From: an uncultured Eubacteriales bacterium
Lineage (GTDB): Bacteria; Bacillota; Clostridia; Oscillospirales; CAG-382
Direction of reading: 5' to 3'
Length of the DNA: 64,000 bases
NCBI GenBank assembly: GCA_934446095.1
Contig: CAKSDR010000001.1
Coordinates: forward strand, 4,893 to 68,892
Shown here: one piece after another, positions 28,501-37,716 of the stretch
How positions within the stretch are numbered: the first letter of the stretch is position 1
Layout: each line of letters begins with the position of its first letter
Notes under the pieces: generated by a model
Seen by the model: the letters and a program-made list of their open reading frames with translations, nothing else
Told to the model about the DNA's origin: nothing
The model's database searches: none
Program-made: the position numbers and the translations under genes

Positions 28501-28686
28501 TATATAATTGCAAGATATGAAAACTTCGCTTTCCTTGACGCATACGATAACGGAAAGTCTCCTTCCGATGCTCTGCTTTATTATATAGACGAAATAAACA
28601 GTGAGATAACAAGAAAACGTGACGAATATGATTTTCTTACCTATGAGAAATATCTTGAAAGAAAAGATAGTTCCGGGTCTAACTAA
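25576..28686 (+). CDS. Giant (1036 aa) extracellular solute-binding protein: signal peptide, duplicated beta-sandwich-like modules, helical linker, family-1 SBP domain
   Basis: Start set to ATG 25576, which follows AGGAGG. The signal peptide ends ..AFVSA|AKG. The C-terminal ~430 aa (SIEVWVTTGRDQAQILREMVDDF..) resembles sugar SBPs. Permease genes follow it. Confidence 0.8.
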   Translation: MNKNVKFFGKFICATLAASTIFSSAAFVSAAKGSSEPTYNSLAQTAELLTSTTYDEYLIRYSKTDMANETVVVDAVDFDRKSTTSDVLVLDDKDGILGGNFEKVLYTPDTGKTGFKVNIPKTGLYNIEISYFPFSKVYYDDENKIVATEQSNPKNLNTGDYNCLSGNTSAIERVFAIDSEVPFSEARNISFPRIWKNNYINPGHREFKLDINGNEIRPKMYEAPEWRSVTLKDSNAFYDDSFVFYFEQGEHTIQFDSSREPVILGEIKLYTEEKLKTYEEVKSEYEKNGYKSASSDASIKLQAETPKYTSEQVIYPVNDRTSAVTEPQEGAVSLLNTIGGEKWEIAGQQVAYEFTCKESGLYYIIPRSKQSVYSGIFSSRSLKINGEYPFSDAKHLQFNYSDNWKTDPLNDGKTEFVFYFEEGKTYEICFEVVLGNLTEDLRKVNQSLEKMNEYYRKILMITGPNPDKYTDYDFAKLIPEVLKGMRTEAENLYSISAELEQIMGQKGEHSVLLDKIAYILDLMGNNQTKIPDNLSVLKTYIGSLGTWLLQSKNQPLQVDYILIQGIDEELPKPEASFWQSLKFEVSSFIKSFFTDYNSLGSTAESKGSDQSIEVWVTTGRDQAQILREMVDDFTQSSGISVNIKLVATGTLLPATLAGVGPDVADDADPTSYGVRTAVKNLNEKDPETGEYVFSGMDEVKTWFSDAAWRAVTVYNPDATDAINEEAIYGVPVTQSFPILFYRKDIFTDLGLQVPETWDDVYGIIRTLSDNNMSMGLLSDSNMLLTFMYQKNEPLYAGDTPETLGMRTNLDSNIALDAFQTMCEFFTMYSQPVKFDFPNRFRTGEMPIGIADYSTIYNQLECFAPEIKGLWEFVRIPGTLQEDGTVNHAIPTTITASMIMHNSKNPQAAWEYIKWWTSVSAQERFGKEQVAVMGSAAKYNTANIEALKAQPWSSQEVKNLSQQFESLEGTPMTPGNYIIARYENFAFLDAYDNGKSPSDALLYYIDEINSEITRKRDEYDFLTYEKYLERKDSSGSN

Positions 28687-28728
28687 ATCTTCGTTTACAA
28701 CAGAAATTCACATTAAGGAGTGAAACAA

Positions 28729-29694
28729 ATGTCTGAAAAGACAATAGAGCAGAACAATCCTGCGGCAAAAAGACCTACTCTGCGTAAAGATATGACAAAG
28801 TGGGAATGGACAAAAAAAGAAATGAAAGTAAACCGTGTGGGTTATTATATGGTTGCTCCGTTCTTTCTTATATTCCTTACATTTACGATAGCGCCGGTTG
28901 TTTTATCGCTTATACTGAGTTTTACGTCGTTCAACATGCTTGAATGGCCTAAATTCCTATTTCTTGATAATTACATAAGATTATTTCTTGAGGACGATAT
29001 ATTTCTCCTTGCTGTAAAAAATACTCTTATTTTTGCAATAATGACAGGTCCTGCATCATATTTCTTATGTCTTATATTTGCGTGGTTTATAAATGAACTT
29101 ACCCCTAAAATCAGGGCTATAGTAACACTTATATTCTATGCGCCGAGTATTTCCGGACAGATATATATAGTTTGGACGGTTATGTTTTCTTCGGACCAGT
29201 ACGGTTACGCAAACGGTATTCTTATGAAACTCGGAATTATAAATTCACCGATACTTTGGTTCCAGGACACAAATTACATAATGCCTCTTGTTATACTCGT
29301 AGCATTATGGACATCTCTCGGAACATCTTTCCTTTCGTTTATAGCCGGATTTCAGGTTGTTGACAAAAGTCTTTACGAGGCTGCGGCTGTTGACGGCATA
29401 AAGAACAGATGGCAGGAGCTGTGGTTTGTAACATTGCCCGCAATGAAGAACCAGATGGTTTTCGCGGCAATTATGTCTATAACACAATCATTCGGTTTCG
29501 GCGGAGTTGTAACTACGCTTTGCGGATTCCCGTCTCCGAATTACTGCGCATGGACAATCATGCATCACCTTGAAGATTACGGCGGACAGCGCTGGGAAGT
29601 CGGATACGCGTCGGCTATTGCAACGGTACTGTTTGCGATCATGATAGGTTCGAACTTGTTGGTTAACAGAATGCTGTCGAAAGTAGGTAAGTAA
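28729..29694 (+). CDS. Carbohydrate ABC transporter permease, MalF/UgpA-like (pair 1)
   Basis: Six TM segments and EAA loop YEAAAVDGIKNRWQELWFVTLPAM. ATG 28729 lies 8 nt after AAGGAG. Confidence 0.9.
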   Translation: MSEKTIEQNNPAAKRPTLRKDMTKWEWTKKEMKVNRVGYYMVAPFFLIFLTFTIAPVVLSLILSFTSFNMLEWPKFLFLDNYIRLFLEDDIFLLAVKNTLIFAIMTGPASYFLCLIFAWFINELTPKIRAIVTLIFYAPSISGQIYIVWTVMFSSDQYGYANGILMKLGIINSPILWFQDTNYIMPLVILVALWTSLGTSFLSFIAGFQVVDKSLYEAAAVDGIKNRWQELWFVTLPAMKNQMVFAAIMSITQSFGFGGVVTTLCGFPSPNYCAWTIMHHLEDYGGQRWEVGYASAIATVLFAIMIGSNLLVNRMLSKVGK

Positions 29695-29695
29695 G

Positions 29696-30577
29696 ATGGA
29701 TAAAAAGAAAAAATTTAAGATTCAGATAAAGTCCCATCGTCTTAACCGTTCCGTCGGCGGCGATATCGGAATAGATATAATGCTGATAATTTTCGGCGCA
29801 TTTATGTTTCTGCCTATGCTTTATGCAATCTGTCAGGCACTGAAACCTCTTGATGAATTGTGGATGTTCCCTCCGAGATTTTTTGTTCAGAACCCGACGT
29901 TTAAAAACTTTTCAGACCTGTTCAAACTTATGAGCAGTTCGTGGGTTCCGTTTTCAAGATATATTTTCAATACCGCGTTTGTTTCATTTGCAGGCACTTT
30001 CGGGCATTTGTTTATCGCGTCGATGGCAGCATATGCCCTTACGAAAATAAAATTTCCGGGAAGAAATTTTATTTTCCAATTGATATATCTTTCCCTTATG
30101 TTTAACTCGACTGTAACAAGTATAACAAACTATATTACAATGTCGGCTCTCGGCTGGATAGATACATACTGGGCACTTATAGTTCCGGCTTTCGGTTCGA
30201 CGCTCGGACTTTACCTTATGCGTCAGTTTATGGATTCTTCGGTGCCTGATCAGGTAATAGAATCCGCAAGACTTGACGGAGCAAGCGAACTTAATATTTA
30301 CTGGAATATTGTAATGCCTATGGTAAAACCCGCGTGGCTTACACTTATAGTATATTGTTTCCAGGGACTTTGGAACAGCGGCTCTTCAATATTTATATAC
30401 AGTGAGCAGCTTAAAACATTTAACTACGCGATAACGCAGATATTGTCCGGCGGTATCGTAAGAAGCGGCGCCGCATCAGCTTCGGCTGTTGTAATGATGA
30501 TTGTGCCGATCGCGGTATTCGTTGTAACACAGAGTAATATTATAGAAACAATGGCAAGTTCCGGAATGAAGGATTAA
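29696..30577 (+). CDS. Carbohydrate ABC transporter permease, MalG/UgpE-like (pair 1)
   Basis: EAA loop IESARLDGASELNIYWNIVMPMVKP. Separated from the previous gene by a 1-nt gap. Confidence 0.9.
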   Translation: MDKKKKFKIQIKSHRLNRSVGGDIGIDIMLIIFGAFMFLPMLYAICQALKPLDELWMFPPRFFVQNPTFKNFSDLFKLMSSSWVPFSRYIFNTAFVSFAGTFGHLFIASMAAYALTKIKFPGRNFIFQLIYLSLMFNSTVTSITNYITMSALGWIDTYWALIVPAFGSTLGLYLMRQFMDSSVPDQVIESARLDGASELNIYWNIVMPMVKPAWLTLIVYCFQGLWNSGSSIFIYSEQLKTFNYAITQILSGGIVRSGAASASAVVMMIVPIAVFVVTQSNIIETMASSGMKD

Positions 30578-30588
30578 GGAGGATAAAA

Positions 30589-32778
30589 ATGAAACATTTA
30601 AAAAGAATACTGGTCCTTCAGGTGCTTTTGCTTGTTGTCGTTTCAATGGTACCGGTTTCGGCTATAACGCCATATTCAACGTATACCTATGACATTGACG
30701 GAGAATATATGGAATCTCCGCATGCATTTGTGCCGTACAAAATAGTTGACTACAAGTCAATGGGTCTTGACACCGAACTTTTAGATCCTGAAGACGTTCA
30801 TGTCCGCAAAATAACGGATGATTCCGGAAATGTTACGGATTATCAGATTTTTATATCAGATACCGGAAACAAACGGGTAGTTGTAACAGATTCGGATTTT
30901 AAAACCATAGCGATTATAGACAGTTTTATAAATGAATGGGGCGTACCGGATTCAATTAACGACCCGAGAGGAATTTATGTTGCATACGGAAAACTTTATA
31001 TATGCGACTGCAATTCCAACAGAATTCTTGTGTTTAATGCCGAGGCTTCAGAAGACGGAACGTATTCATTTGACTTTATAAAAACACTCGAAGAACCTAA
31101 AGGGGATGTTTTTTCCGAAAGTACGGTTTATAAACCGGTTGCGGTTGCTGTTGATAATTCGGGAAGAATATATGTAGTTTCGTCGACTTGTTATCAGGGA
31201 ATTATTTCAATGACAACAGACGGCGTGTTTACTGCATTTTTAGGTCCTCAGGCAAGCGATATATCTTTCTGGGACATGATATGGAGAAATATCCAGACAG
31301 CAGAACAGAGAAGCCAGAAAGAAAAGAATGTGTCTACCGCTTACAACAATATAAATATTGATGACAGTGGATTTATATATGCGACGACATCGTCGCTGTC
31401 AGAGAGCAAACAGCTTGAGGCTATAACTTCAAAGTCTAAGGACAGCACGTACGCTCCTGTCAAGATGCTGAACCCGGGCGGCGAAGACGTAATGAAAAGA
31501 AACGGATTTTATCCGCCTTCCGGCGAAGTCAATGTAAACGAAGAAGAAACCTCTGACGCAAAAATTACGGGAGTTTCAAAGATTATTGACGTTGCTTTGG
31601 GGCCTGACGGCGTATGGAGCATACTCGATTCAAAAAGACAGAAGATATATACATATAACAATAACGGAGAATTATTGTATATATTCGGCGACCAGGGCAA
31701 CCAACTCGGAAATCTGCAGAATGCTTCGGCAATAGATTATCTTGGAACAAGCATAATTGCTCTTGATAAAATCAACAAAAATATTACCGTATACAACAGA
31801 ACCGAATACGGAGATTTGCTTGCGGTAGCGCTCAAGCATCAGAACGAGCGTCAGTATAGCCAGACTGTAGAAGACTGGACCGAAGTGCTTCAGAGAAATT
31901 CAAACTTTGATATGTCGTATGTAAGCATCGGTCAGAGTTATTACAGAGAAGGCAAGTACCGCCAGGCAATGAATATGTATAAATATGCGTATGATGTCAG
32001 CGATTATTCAGATGCTTATAAAGAACTCCGTAAGGAAACGATATCTAAAGTAATAATACTTATTCCGATTGCGGTTATCGTGATCTGCATTTTGCTCTCG
32101 AAATTCCTTTCGTATGCGGCAAAAGTAAATACTGCGGCGCAGTCATCCTCATATAAGCGTAATTTATGGTCCGAATATTGCTACGGATATCACTTAATAT
32201 TCCACCCGTTCGACGGTTTCTGGGATATAAAGCACGAAAAGCGTGCGACCGCAAAGGGCGCAACATTAATACTCGGATTTACCGTGATAGCGTATATATA
32301 CAATTCCATAGGCAAGGGATATATAATAAATCCCACGCCCAAAGGCGCAAGCCTTGTAATGTCGATACTTTCGATACTCATGCCGGTATTTTTGTGGATA
32401 TTGGCAAACTGGTGTCTTACAACGCTGTTTGATGGCGAAGGCACTATGAAAGATATATATATTGCAACCTGCTATTCGTTGTTCCCGCTGCCGCTGTTTA
32501 TGATGGTTGCAACGTTTGCATCGAACTTTATTACAGTAGACGAAGTATCTGTAATAAATATGATTACGGGAATTGCATATTTCTGGGTAGGATTTCTGCT
32601 GTTTTTCGGAATGCTTACGATACATGACTATTCTCTTGGAAAAAATGTTCTTACAAGTCTTGGAACAATAATAGGTATGGCATTTATCATGTTCATAGGA
32701 GTTTTATTCTCAAGCCTTATAGGAAAAATCATATCTTTCGTATATAGCATTATCGTAGAATTTTCATATAGGATATAA
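30589..32778 (+). CDS. Signal peptide + NHL-like beta-propeller + TPR-like segment + C-terminal Yip1-family polytopic membrane domain
   Basis: Signal peptide ..VSA|ITP. NHL-like blades (GIYVAYGKLYICDCNSNRILVFN, PVAVAVDNSGRIYVVSS, ALGPDGVWSILDSKRQKIYTYN, AIDYLGTSIIALDKINKNITVYN). TPR-like GQSYYREGKYRQAMNMYKYAY. Five or six C-terminal TM segments with a Yip1-like HPFDGFWDIK entry motif. Confidence 0.7.
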   Translation: MKHLKRILVLQVLLLVVVSMVPVSAITPYSTYTYDIDGEYMESPHAFVPYKIVDYKSMGLDTELLDPEDVHVRKITDDSGNVTDYQIFISDTGNKRVVVTDSDFKTIAIIDSFINEWGVPDSINDPRGIYVAYGKLYICDCNSNRILVFNAEASEDGTYSFDFIKTLEEPKGDVFSESTVYKPVAVAVDNSGRIYVVSSTCYQGIISMTTDGVFTAFLGPQASDISFWDMIWRNIQTAEQRSQKEKNVSTAYNNINIDDSGFIYATTSSLSESKQLEAITSKSKDSTYAPVKMLNPGGEDVMKRNGFYPPSGEVNVNEEETSDAKITGVSKIIDVALGPDGVWSILDSKRQKIYTYNNNGELLYIFGDQGNQLGNLQNASAIDYLGTSIIALDKINKNITVYNRTEYGDLLAVALKHQNERQYSQTVEDWTEVLQRNSNFDMSYVSIGQSYYREGKYRQAMNMYKYAYDVSDYSDAYKELRKETISKVIILIPIAVIVICILLSKFLSYAAKVNTAAQSSSYKRNLWSEYCYGYHLIFHPFDGFWDIKHEKRATAKGATLILGFTVIAYIYNSIGKGYIINPTPKGASLVMSILSILMPVFLWILANWCLTTLFDGEGTMKDIYIATCYSLFPLPLFMMVATFASNFITVDEVSVINMITGIAYFWVGFLLFFGMLTIHDYSLGKNVLTSLGTIIGMAFIMFIGVLFSSLIGKIISFVYSIIVEFSYRI

Positions 32779-32801
32779 GATTGAAAGGAGAAAAACGAAA
32801 A

Positions 32802-35681
32802 ATGAAAAAAATAATATCTGTAATTCTTTCAATCTTTATGCTTGCGTGCACCCTTTCTTCTTTTACATTCGTTCACGCCGAAGGACCTGAGTTTTTGTGC
32901 AAGTCCGGAGGTGCCGATGTATTTGTAGATAAAAGCACGGGAGATGTTCAGTTTTATCTGAACGGCAAACTGCTTTTTTCCGAAGACGTGCCCGACGGTA
33001 CAAAAATTACCGATACCGTTGCTGTTGAAGATTATACTTCAAAAGTTTTTAAAAGCCCGCAGGAAAAAGTTGCAACTACAATGAATTACTTTTATGACAA
33101 CGGCGAATATGCGATATTTGCCGACAAGGATTCCGGAGAAGTTGCAATGATGACAAAAAGCACGGGACAAATACTTCTTACGAACCCTTATGACGTAGGC
33201 GCGACCACATCTGACACAAAAATCAAGAATCAATTGCTTTCGCAGGTAATTCTGACTTATCAGAAACGCGGAAATGAAAATACATATTCGAGTTTTGGCG
33301 AAGGCGCGCTTAATAATCAGGTAAAAATTAAAAAAATCCGTTCCGGTGTTAGGGTTGAATATACAATAGGACGTTCGGAAATCCGCACTCTTGTTCCGGA
33401 ACTTATCGAAAAGGGAGCTTTTGAAGAAAAGATTCTTTCAAAGGTTACAATCGAAAACGCAGTATCGGGAAAAACCGAGGCTGCTGTAAAAAAAGATTAC
33501 AGCAAACTCACGGCGTTCTATAACCTTAAAGACCCGAATGCTAAAGGTCTTTCGGATACCGCCAAGAAAAATATGAAACTTACATATCCGATAACTCAGA
33601 AGTATGCCGTGTACATGCTCGATGCCGGTACTTCCGCAAGACAGAAGTACGAAATAGAAAGCATAATTAAAGAATATACCGATTACTCGTTTGAGGACAT
33701 GGAAAGCGATTATGCGACTGTTGAATATGAGGGTACAGAGGCTTCTCCCCCACTGTTCAAAATTGCAATAGAATATTATGCGGACGAATACGGATTTAAG
33801 GTAAGAGTTCCGTCTAAGAGCATAAGATATGATTCCGCCGAATATACGGTTTCAAATATGATTATTCTTCCTTATCTCGGCGCAGGCTCAAATGATGAAT
33901 CCGGATATACTTTCATTCCTGATGGCTCCGGCGTTATTACTTATTTCAAGGACGCTGTCGAAAAGCCTATCGTAATTACCGGCAAAATGTACGGGATGGA
34001 TTATTCATATCATAAAACAAGCGGCCAGAATCAGGAAGTAATGAGATTACCCGCATTTGGTGTTGCAAGAGATTCTTCGTATATGCTCGTTACAAAGAAG
34101 ACTGCAAAAACAAATGTCGATCAGGCTTCCGCAAACCAAACCTCGGATTTTGACTATTCCGGTGTTAATGTCAGCGAAAAGACCGCATATCTCGGATATG
34201 TTGAGGAAGGCGAATCTCTTATTGACATATCAACGGCTCATGGCGGAACTGTAAGCCATAAGTACAATTCAGCGTATACAAAAATATATCCGATATTGAA
34301 GGATACGTATAAATTGTCGGGCGTAAATGCTGAAATGACGGTCGATTCAAACAGAAAATATACCGGAAACTATACATACAGAATTTTCCCGCTTTCTGAT
34401 GAAAAGGCAAATTATATAGGCATGGCGGAAGTTTTGAGAGATTACCTCGAGAAAACAGGAGTTATTTCAAAACTCGATAAAGAAAACGGAAACAGCGATA
34501 TACCCCTGTATCTTGAAAACTTCGGTTCGCTCACCACAAGTCAAAAAATAATGGGATTTCCTGTCAGCGAACAAACTCCTCTTACAACTTTTGAACAGAG
34601 CAAAACCATGATCTCTGAACTCAAAGAAGCGGGCGTTGAAAATATCAATCTGAAACTTACCGGTTGGTATAACGGCGGTCTTAGCCATACGGTGCCGAGT
34701 AAACTTAAAGTTGAAAAGGCTCTCGGCGGTGAAAAAGATCTTTTGGACCTTATAAAATATGCCTCCGAAAACAAAATCGGAATCTATCCCGACTTGGAAT
34801 TTACGTTTGTAAGCAAAACCGAAATGTTTGACGGTTATAACTACAAGAAGGATGCTGTGAAAACTATCGATAAGCGTTCTGCCGTAATTCAGGAATACAG
34901 CCCGCTGTATCAGGAATTTGAAGACGGAAGATATCAGATACTTTCTCCGAACGCAATCTCAAAGTTCTACGAAAAATCTTCCGAAAAATATTTGAAGTAT
35001 AATGCCGGAGGAATTTCCGTCGCAAGTCTTGGCTCATATCTGAATTCCGATCAGAATGAAGACTATCCTTATACAAGAGAAGAAGCAAAATCCGAGATTT
35101 CCAATATTTTGTCAAAAATGAAGGAAGATAACGGAAGTGTGCTTGTAGACGGAGGAAATTCATATACGCTGAAATATGCCGACCATATTCTAAATATGCC
35201 TGTCGACAGCAGCCGTAACGTTTATACGAGCGAGGCAATCCCATTTATCGGAATGGTGCTTCACGGATATAAGGAATACACGGGAACTGCCATGAACCTT
35301 GACGGTGACTATAAATATTCTATACTGAAAGCCGTTGAAAACGGTGCATCTCCGTACTTCATACTTTCTTATACATCAGATGAATTTGACAATACTTCGG
35401 AACTTAAAAACTATCCGGAGTTTAGAAAATATTATTCTATCAAATATAATATTTGGAAAAATGACCTTGTGGAAACGTATAACACTTTGAATGATGCTCT
35501 TTCCAATGTAAAATATTCCACAATTTCATCTCACGAATATATAGATGAAAGAGTTGTAAAAGTAACATATTCTAACGGTGTATCGTTTATTCTGAATTAT
35601 AACGATGAACCGTATGAATATAACGGAACAACAATAGAAAAATTAAGTTTTATAAATGAGAAAGGAGAAGACCATGAATAA
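32802..35681 (+). CDS. Large secreted protein, DUF5696-like (possible glycoside-hydrolase-like TIM barrel)
   Basis: Start set to ATG 32802, with a signal peptide (..FTFVHA|EGP). The DUF5696 assignment is from memory of annotated Clostridia/Paenibacillus neighbourhoods. LKLTGWYNGGL...GIYPDLEFTF resembles barrel strands. Confidence 0.6.
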   Translation: MKKIISVILSIFMLACTLSSFTFVHAEGPEFLCKSGGADVFVDKSTGDVQFYLNGKLLFSEDVPDGTKITDTVAVEDYTSKVFKSPQEKVATTMNYFYDNGEYAIFADKDSGEVAMMTKSTGQILLTNPYDVGATTSDTKIKNQLLSQVILTYQKRGNENTYSSFGEGALNNQVKIKKIRSGVRVEYTIGRSEIRTLVPELIEKGAFEEKILSKVTIENAVSGKTEAAVKKDYSKLTAFYNLKDPNAKGLSDTAKKNMKLTYPITQKYAVYMLDAGTSARQKYEIESIIKEYTDYSFEDMESDYATVEYEGTEASPPLFKIAIEYYADEYGFKVRVPSKSIRYDSAEYTVSNMIILPYLGAGSNDESGYTFIPDGSGVITYFKDAVEKPIVITGKMYGMDYSYHKTSGQNQEVMRLPAFGVARDSSYMLVTKKTAKTNVDQASANQTSDFDYSGVNVSEKTAYLGYVEEGESLIDISTAHGGTVSHKYNSAYTKIYPILKDTYKLSGVNAEMTVDSNRKYTGNYTYRIFPLSDEKANYIGMAEVLRDYLEKTGVISKLDKENGNSDIPLYLENFGSLTTSQKIMGFPVSEQTPLTTFEQSKTMISELKEAGVENINLKLTGWYNGGLSHTVPSKLKVEKALGGEKDLLDLIKYASENKIGIYPDLEFTFVSKTEMFDGYNYKKDAVKTIDKRSAVIQEYSPLYQEFEDGRYQILSPNAISKFYEKSSEKYLKYNAGGISVASLGSYLNSDQNEDYPYTREEAKSEISNILSKMKEDNGSVLVDGGNSYTLKYADHILNMPVDSSRNVYTSEAIPFIGMVLHGYKEYTGTAMNLDGDYKYSILKAVENGASPYFILSYTSDEFDNTSELKNYPEFRKYYSIKYNIWKNDLVETYNTLNDALSNVKYSTISSHEYIDERVVKVTYSNGVSFILNYNDEPYEYNGTTIEKLSFINEKGEDHE

Positions 35682-36642
35682 AGCGGTATCTGCCCCAAAC
35701 CAGGGTACAAAAAAGAAAAAAAAGCCCGCATCGCTTGACGCAAAAAAGGCAAGGGCCGGAATATGGTTTGTTCTTCCTTTCCTTATAGGTCTTGTTTGTA
35801 TATATCTTCCTATGATATACGATTCTATAAAACTCAGTTTTCATAGAATTCATATAGTAAGGGGCGGAGGGTTTGTCCTTGAATATGTAGGCTGGCAAAA
35901 TTACAGCGACGCCCTTTTTTCGGATGCAAACTATGTTCAGGTGCTTGTTGAAAGCGTAAAACAATTGGTACTCGATATACCTGCAATAGTTCTGTTTTCA
36001 CTCTTTATGGCAATAATACTTAACCAGAAGATGATAGGCCGTGCAGTGTTCCGTGCAATATTCTTCATACCTGTAATAATTTCAACCGGCATTATAGACT
36101 CTCTTGACCAGAGCAACGCGATATCGAATTATATGAGTTCCGACTCTATAGATACGGGTAACATAAACGGTTCTTCAGCAACAGAGATTGTTTCAAGCAT
36201 GGATATTACAAACCTGCTTGGAAATATGGCGGTCGGAACGGAACTTGTGCAATATGTCGTTAATATTGTAAATAATATATTCAATATTGTAAACCGTTCC
36301 GGCGTACAGATGCTGATTTTCCTTGCGGGACTTCAGTCGATTTCTCCGTCGATTTATGAATCGTGCACCATGGAGGGAGCAACTCCTTGGGAAACTTTCT
36401 GGAAGATAACATTCCCGATGATAAGTCCTATGATACTTGTAAACTCTATATATACGGTCATAGATTCATTTACATCGGAATCGAATAAGGTTATGTCATA
36501 TATAACGGAAGTATACAGAGGCGAGGACGGAAACGTGCTTAGCGCCGCCATGTCGTGGATGTACTTTTTAATAGTAATGCTGATAATTCTTCTGGTAGCG
36601 GCAATACTTTCTTCATATGTATTCTACCAGAGAAGAGATTGA
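35674..36642 (+). CDS. Carbohydrate ABC transporter permease, MalF-like (pair 2)
   Basis: EAA loop YESCTMEGATPWETFWKITFPMISP. ATG 35674 follows AAAGGAG and overlaps the previous gene by 8 nt. Confidence 0.9.
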   Translation: MNKAVSAPNQGTKKKKKPASLDAKKARAGIWFVLPFLIGLVCIYLPMIYDSIKLSFHRIHIVRGGGFVLEYVGWQNYSDALFSDANYVQVLVESVKQLVLDIPAIVLFSLFMAIILNQKMIGRAVFRAIFFIPVIISTGIIDSLDQSNAISNYMSSDSIDTGNINGSSATEIVSSMDITNLLGNMAVGTELVQYVVNIVNNIFNIVNRSGVQMLIFLAGLQSISPSIYESCTMEGATPWETFWKITFPMISPMILVNSIYTVIDSFTSESNKVMSYITEVYRGEDGNVLSAAMSWMYFLIVMLIILLVAAILSSYVFYQRRD

Positions 36643-36654
36643 TGAAGGGAGGAA

Positions 36655-37704
36655 ATGAAAATGACTGATAACGGCACACAGAAGAAACTTTATGTATATA
36701 ATGCCGACCAGAATAAAGAATATAAAAAAGTTTCATGGTTTGAAAAGTTAAAATTAAAAGTATTTTCAGTGAACTTCCTTGTGAAAGTATTGTGGGCAAT
36801 ATTCAGATTTGTATTGCTTATAGGCATCTCTTTTATTATAATATATCCCTTTTTCACAAAAATCACATCATCTTTTATGAGTCCTGACGATTTTCTTGAC
36901 AGCACCGTAAAAATGATACCGAAGTATCCAACGCTTGATCAGTATAAGTATATAATAATCGAAAACAAATATTTTAAAGCTCTGTTTAATACGGCGCTGA
37001 TATCAGGGCTTTCCGCAGTCCTGCAGACAATAGTCTGCGCACTTGTCGGATATGGCCTTGCAAAATTTAAATTTAAAGGAAGAGGTCTTGTATTTGCATT
37101 TGTTGTACTTACAATGATAGTTCCGAACAAAACGCTTATGCTGTCCATGTTTATGAAATTTAAATATTTCGATGTGTTTGGCATTTATAAGGGTCTTAAT
37201 GCGATCTTCCATTATTCGACGAAGGCAACTCCGTCTATTGACCTTATAAATACGTTTTGGCCGATGCTTATACTTTCGGCAACCGCAATAGGTTTTAAGA
37301 ACGGACTTTACATATTTATATTCAGGCAGTTCTATAAAGGCGTGCCTGACGAACTGGAAGAGGCGGCTTATGTTGACGGTTCCGGCACTTTCGGGACATA
37401 TTTTAAAATCATATTGCCTCTTACAATTCCGATGATGGTAACGGTATTTATGTTCTCGTTCTCGTGGGGGTGGACGGATACATTCTATTCATCTATTTTC
37501 TACACCTCAACAGGACCTTTAATGCTGGCAAATATAATAAAAGTCCCGGCAAGTCTTAATATTATGTTTGCGGCAAGCGCCCTTTACAACTCGGCAGTTA
37601 CGAATACGTGCGCACTCCTTGTTATTCTGCCGTTGTTTATAATATTCCTGTTTGCACAGAAATCACTTGTACAGGGAATTGAACGTTCCGGTATCGTTGG
37701 TTAA
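36655..37704 (+). CDS. Carbohydrate ABC transporter permease, MalG-like with N-terminal extension (pair 2)
   Basis: EAA loop EEAAYVDGSGTFGTYFKIILPLTIP and six TM segments. Confidence 0.9.
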   Translation: MKMTDNGTQKKLYVYNADQNKEYKKVSWFEKLKLKVFSVNFLVKVLWAIFRFVLLIGISFIIIYPFFTKITSSFMSPDDFLDSTVKMIPKYPTLDQYKYIIIENKYFKALFNTALISGLSAVLQTIVCALVGYGLAKFKFKGRGLVFAFVVLTMIVPNKTLMLSMFMKFKYFDVFGIYKGLNAIFHYSTKATPSIDLINTFWPMLILSATAIGFKNGLYIFIFRQFYKGVPDELEEAAYVDGSGTFGTYFKIILPLTIPMMVTVFMFSFSWGWTDTFYSSIFYTSTGPLMLANIIKVPASLNIMFAASALYNSAVTNTCALLVILPLFIIFLFAQKSLVQGIERSGIVG

Positions 37705-37716
37705 AAAATATATAAG

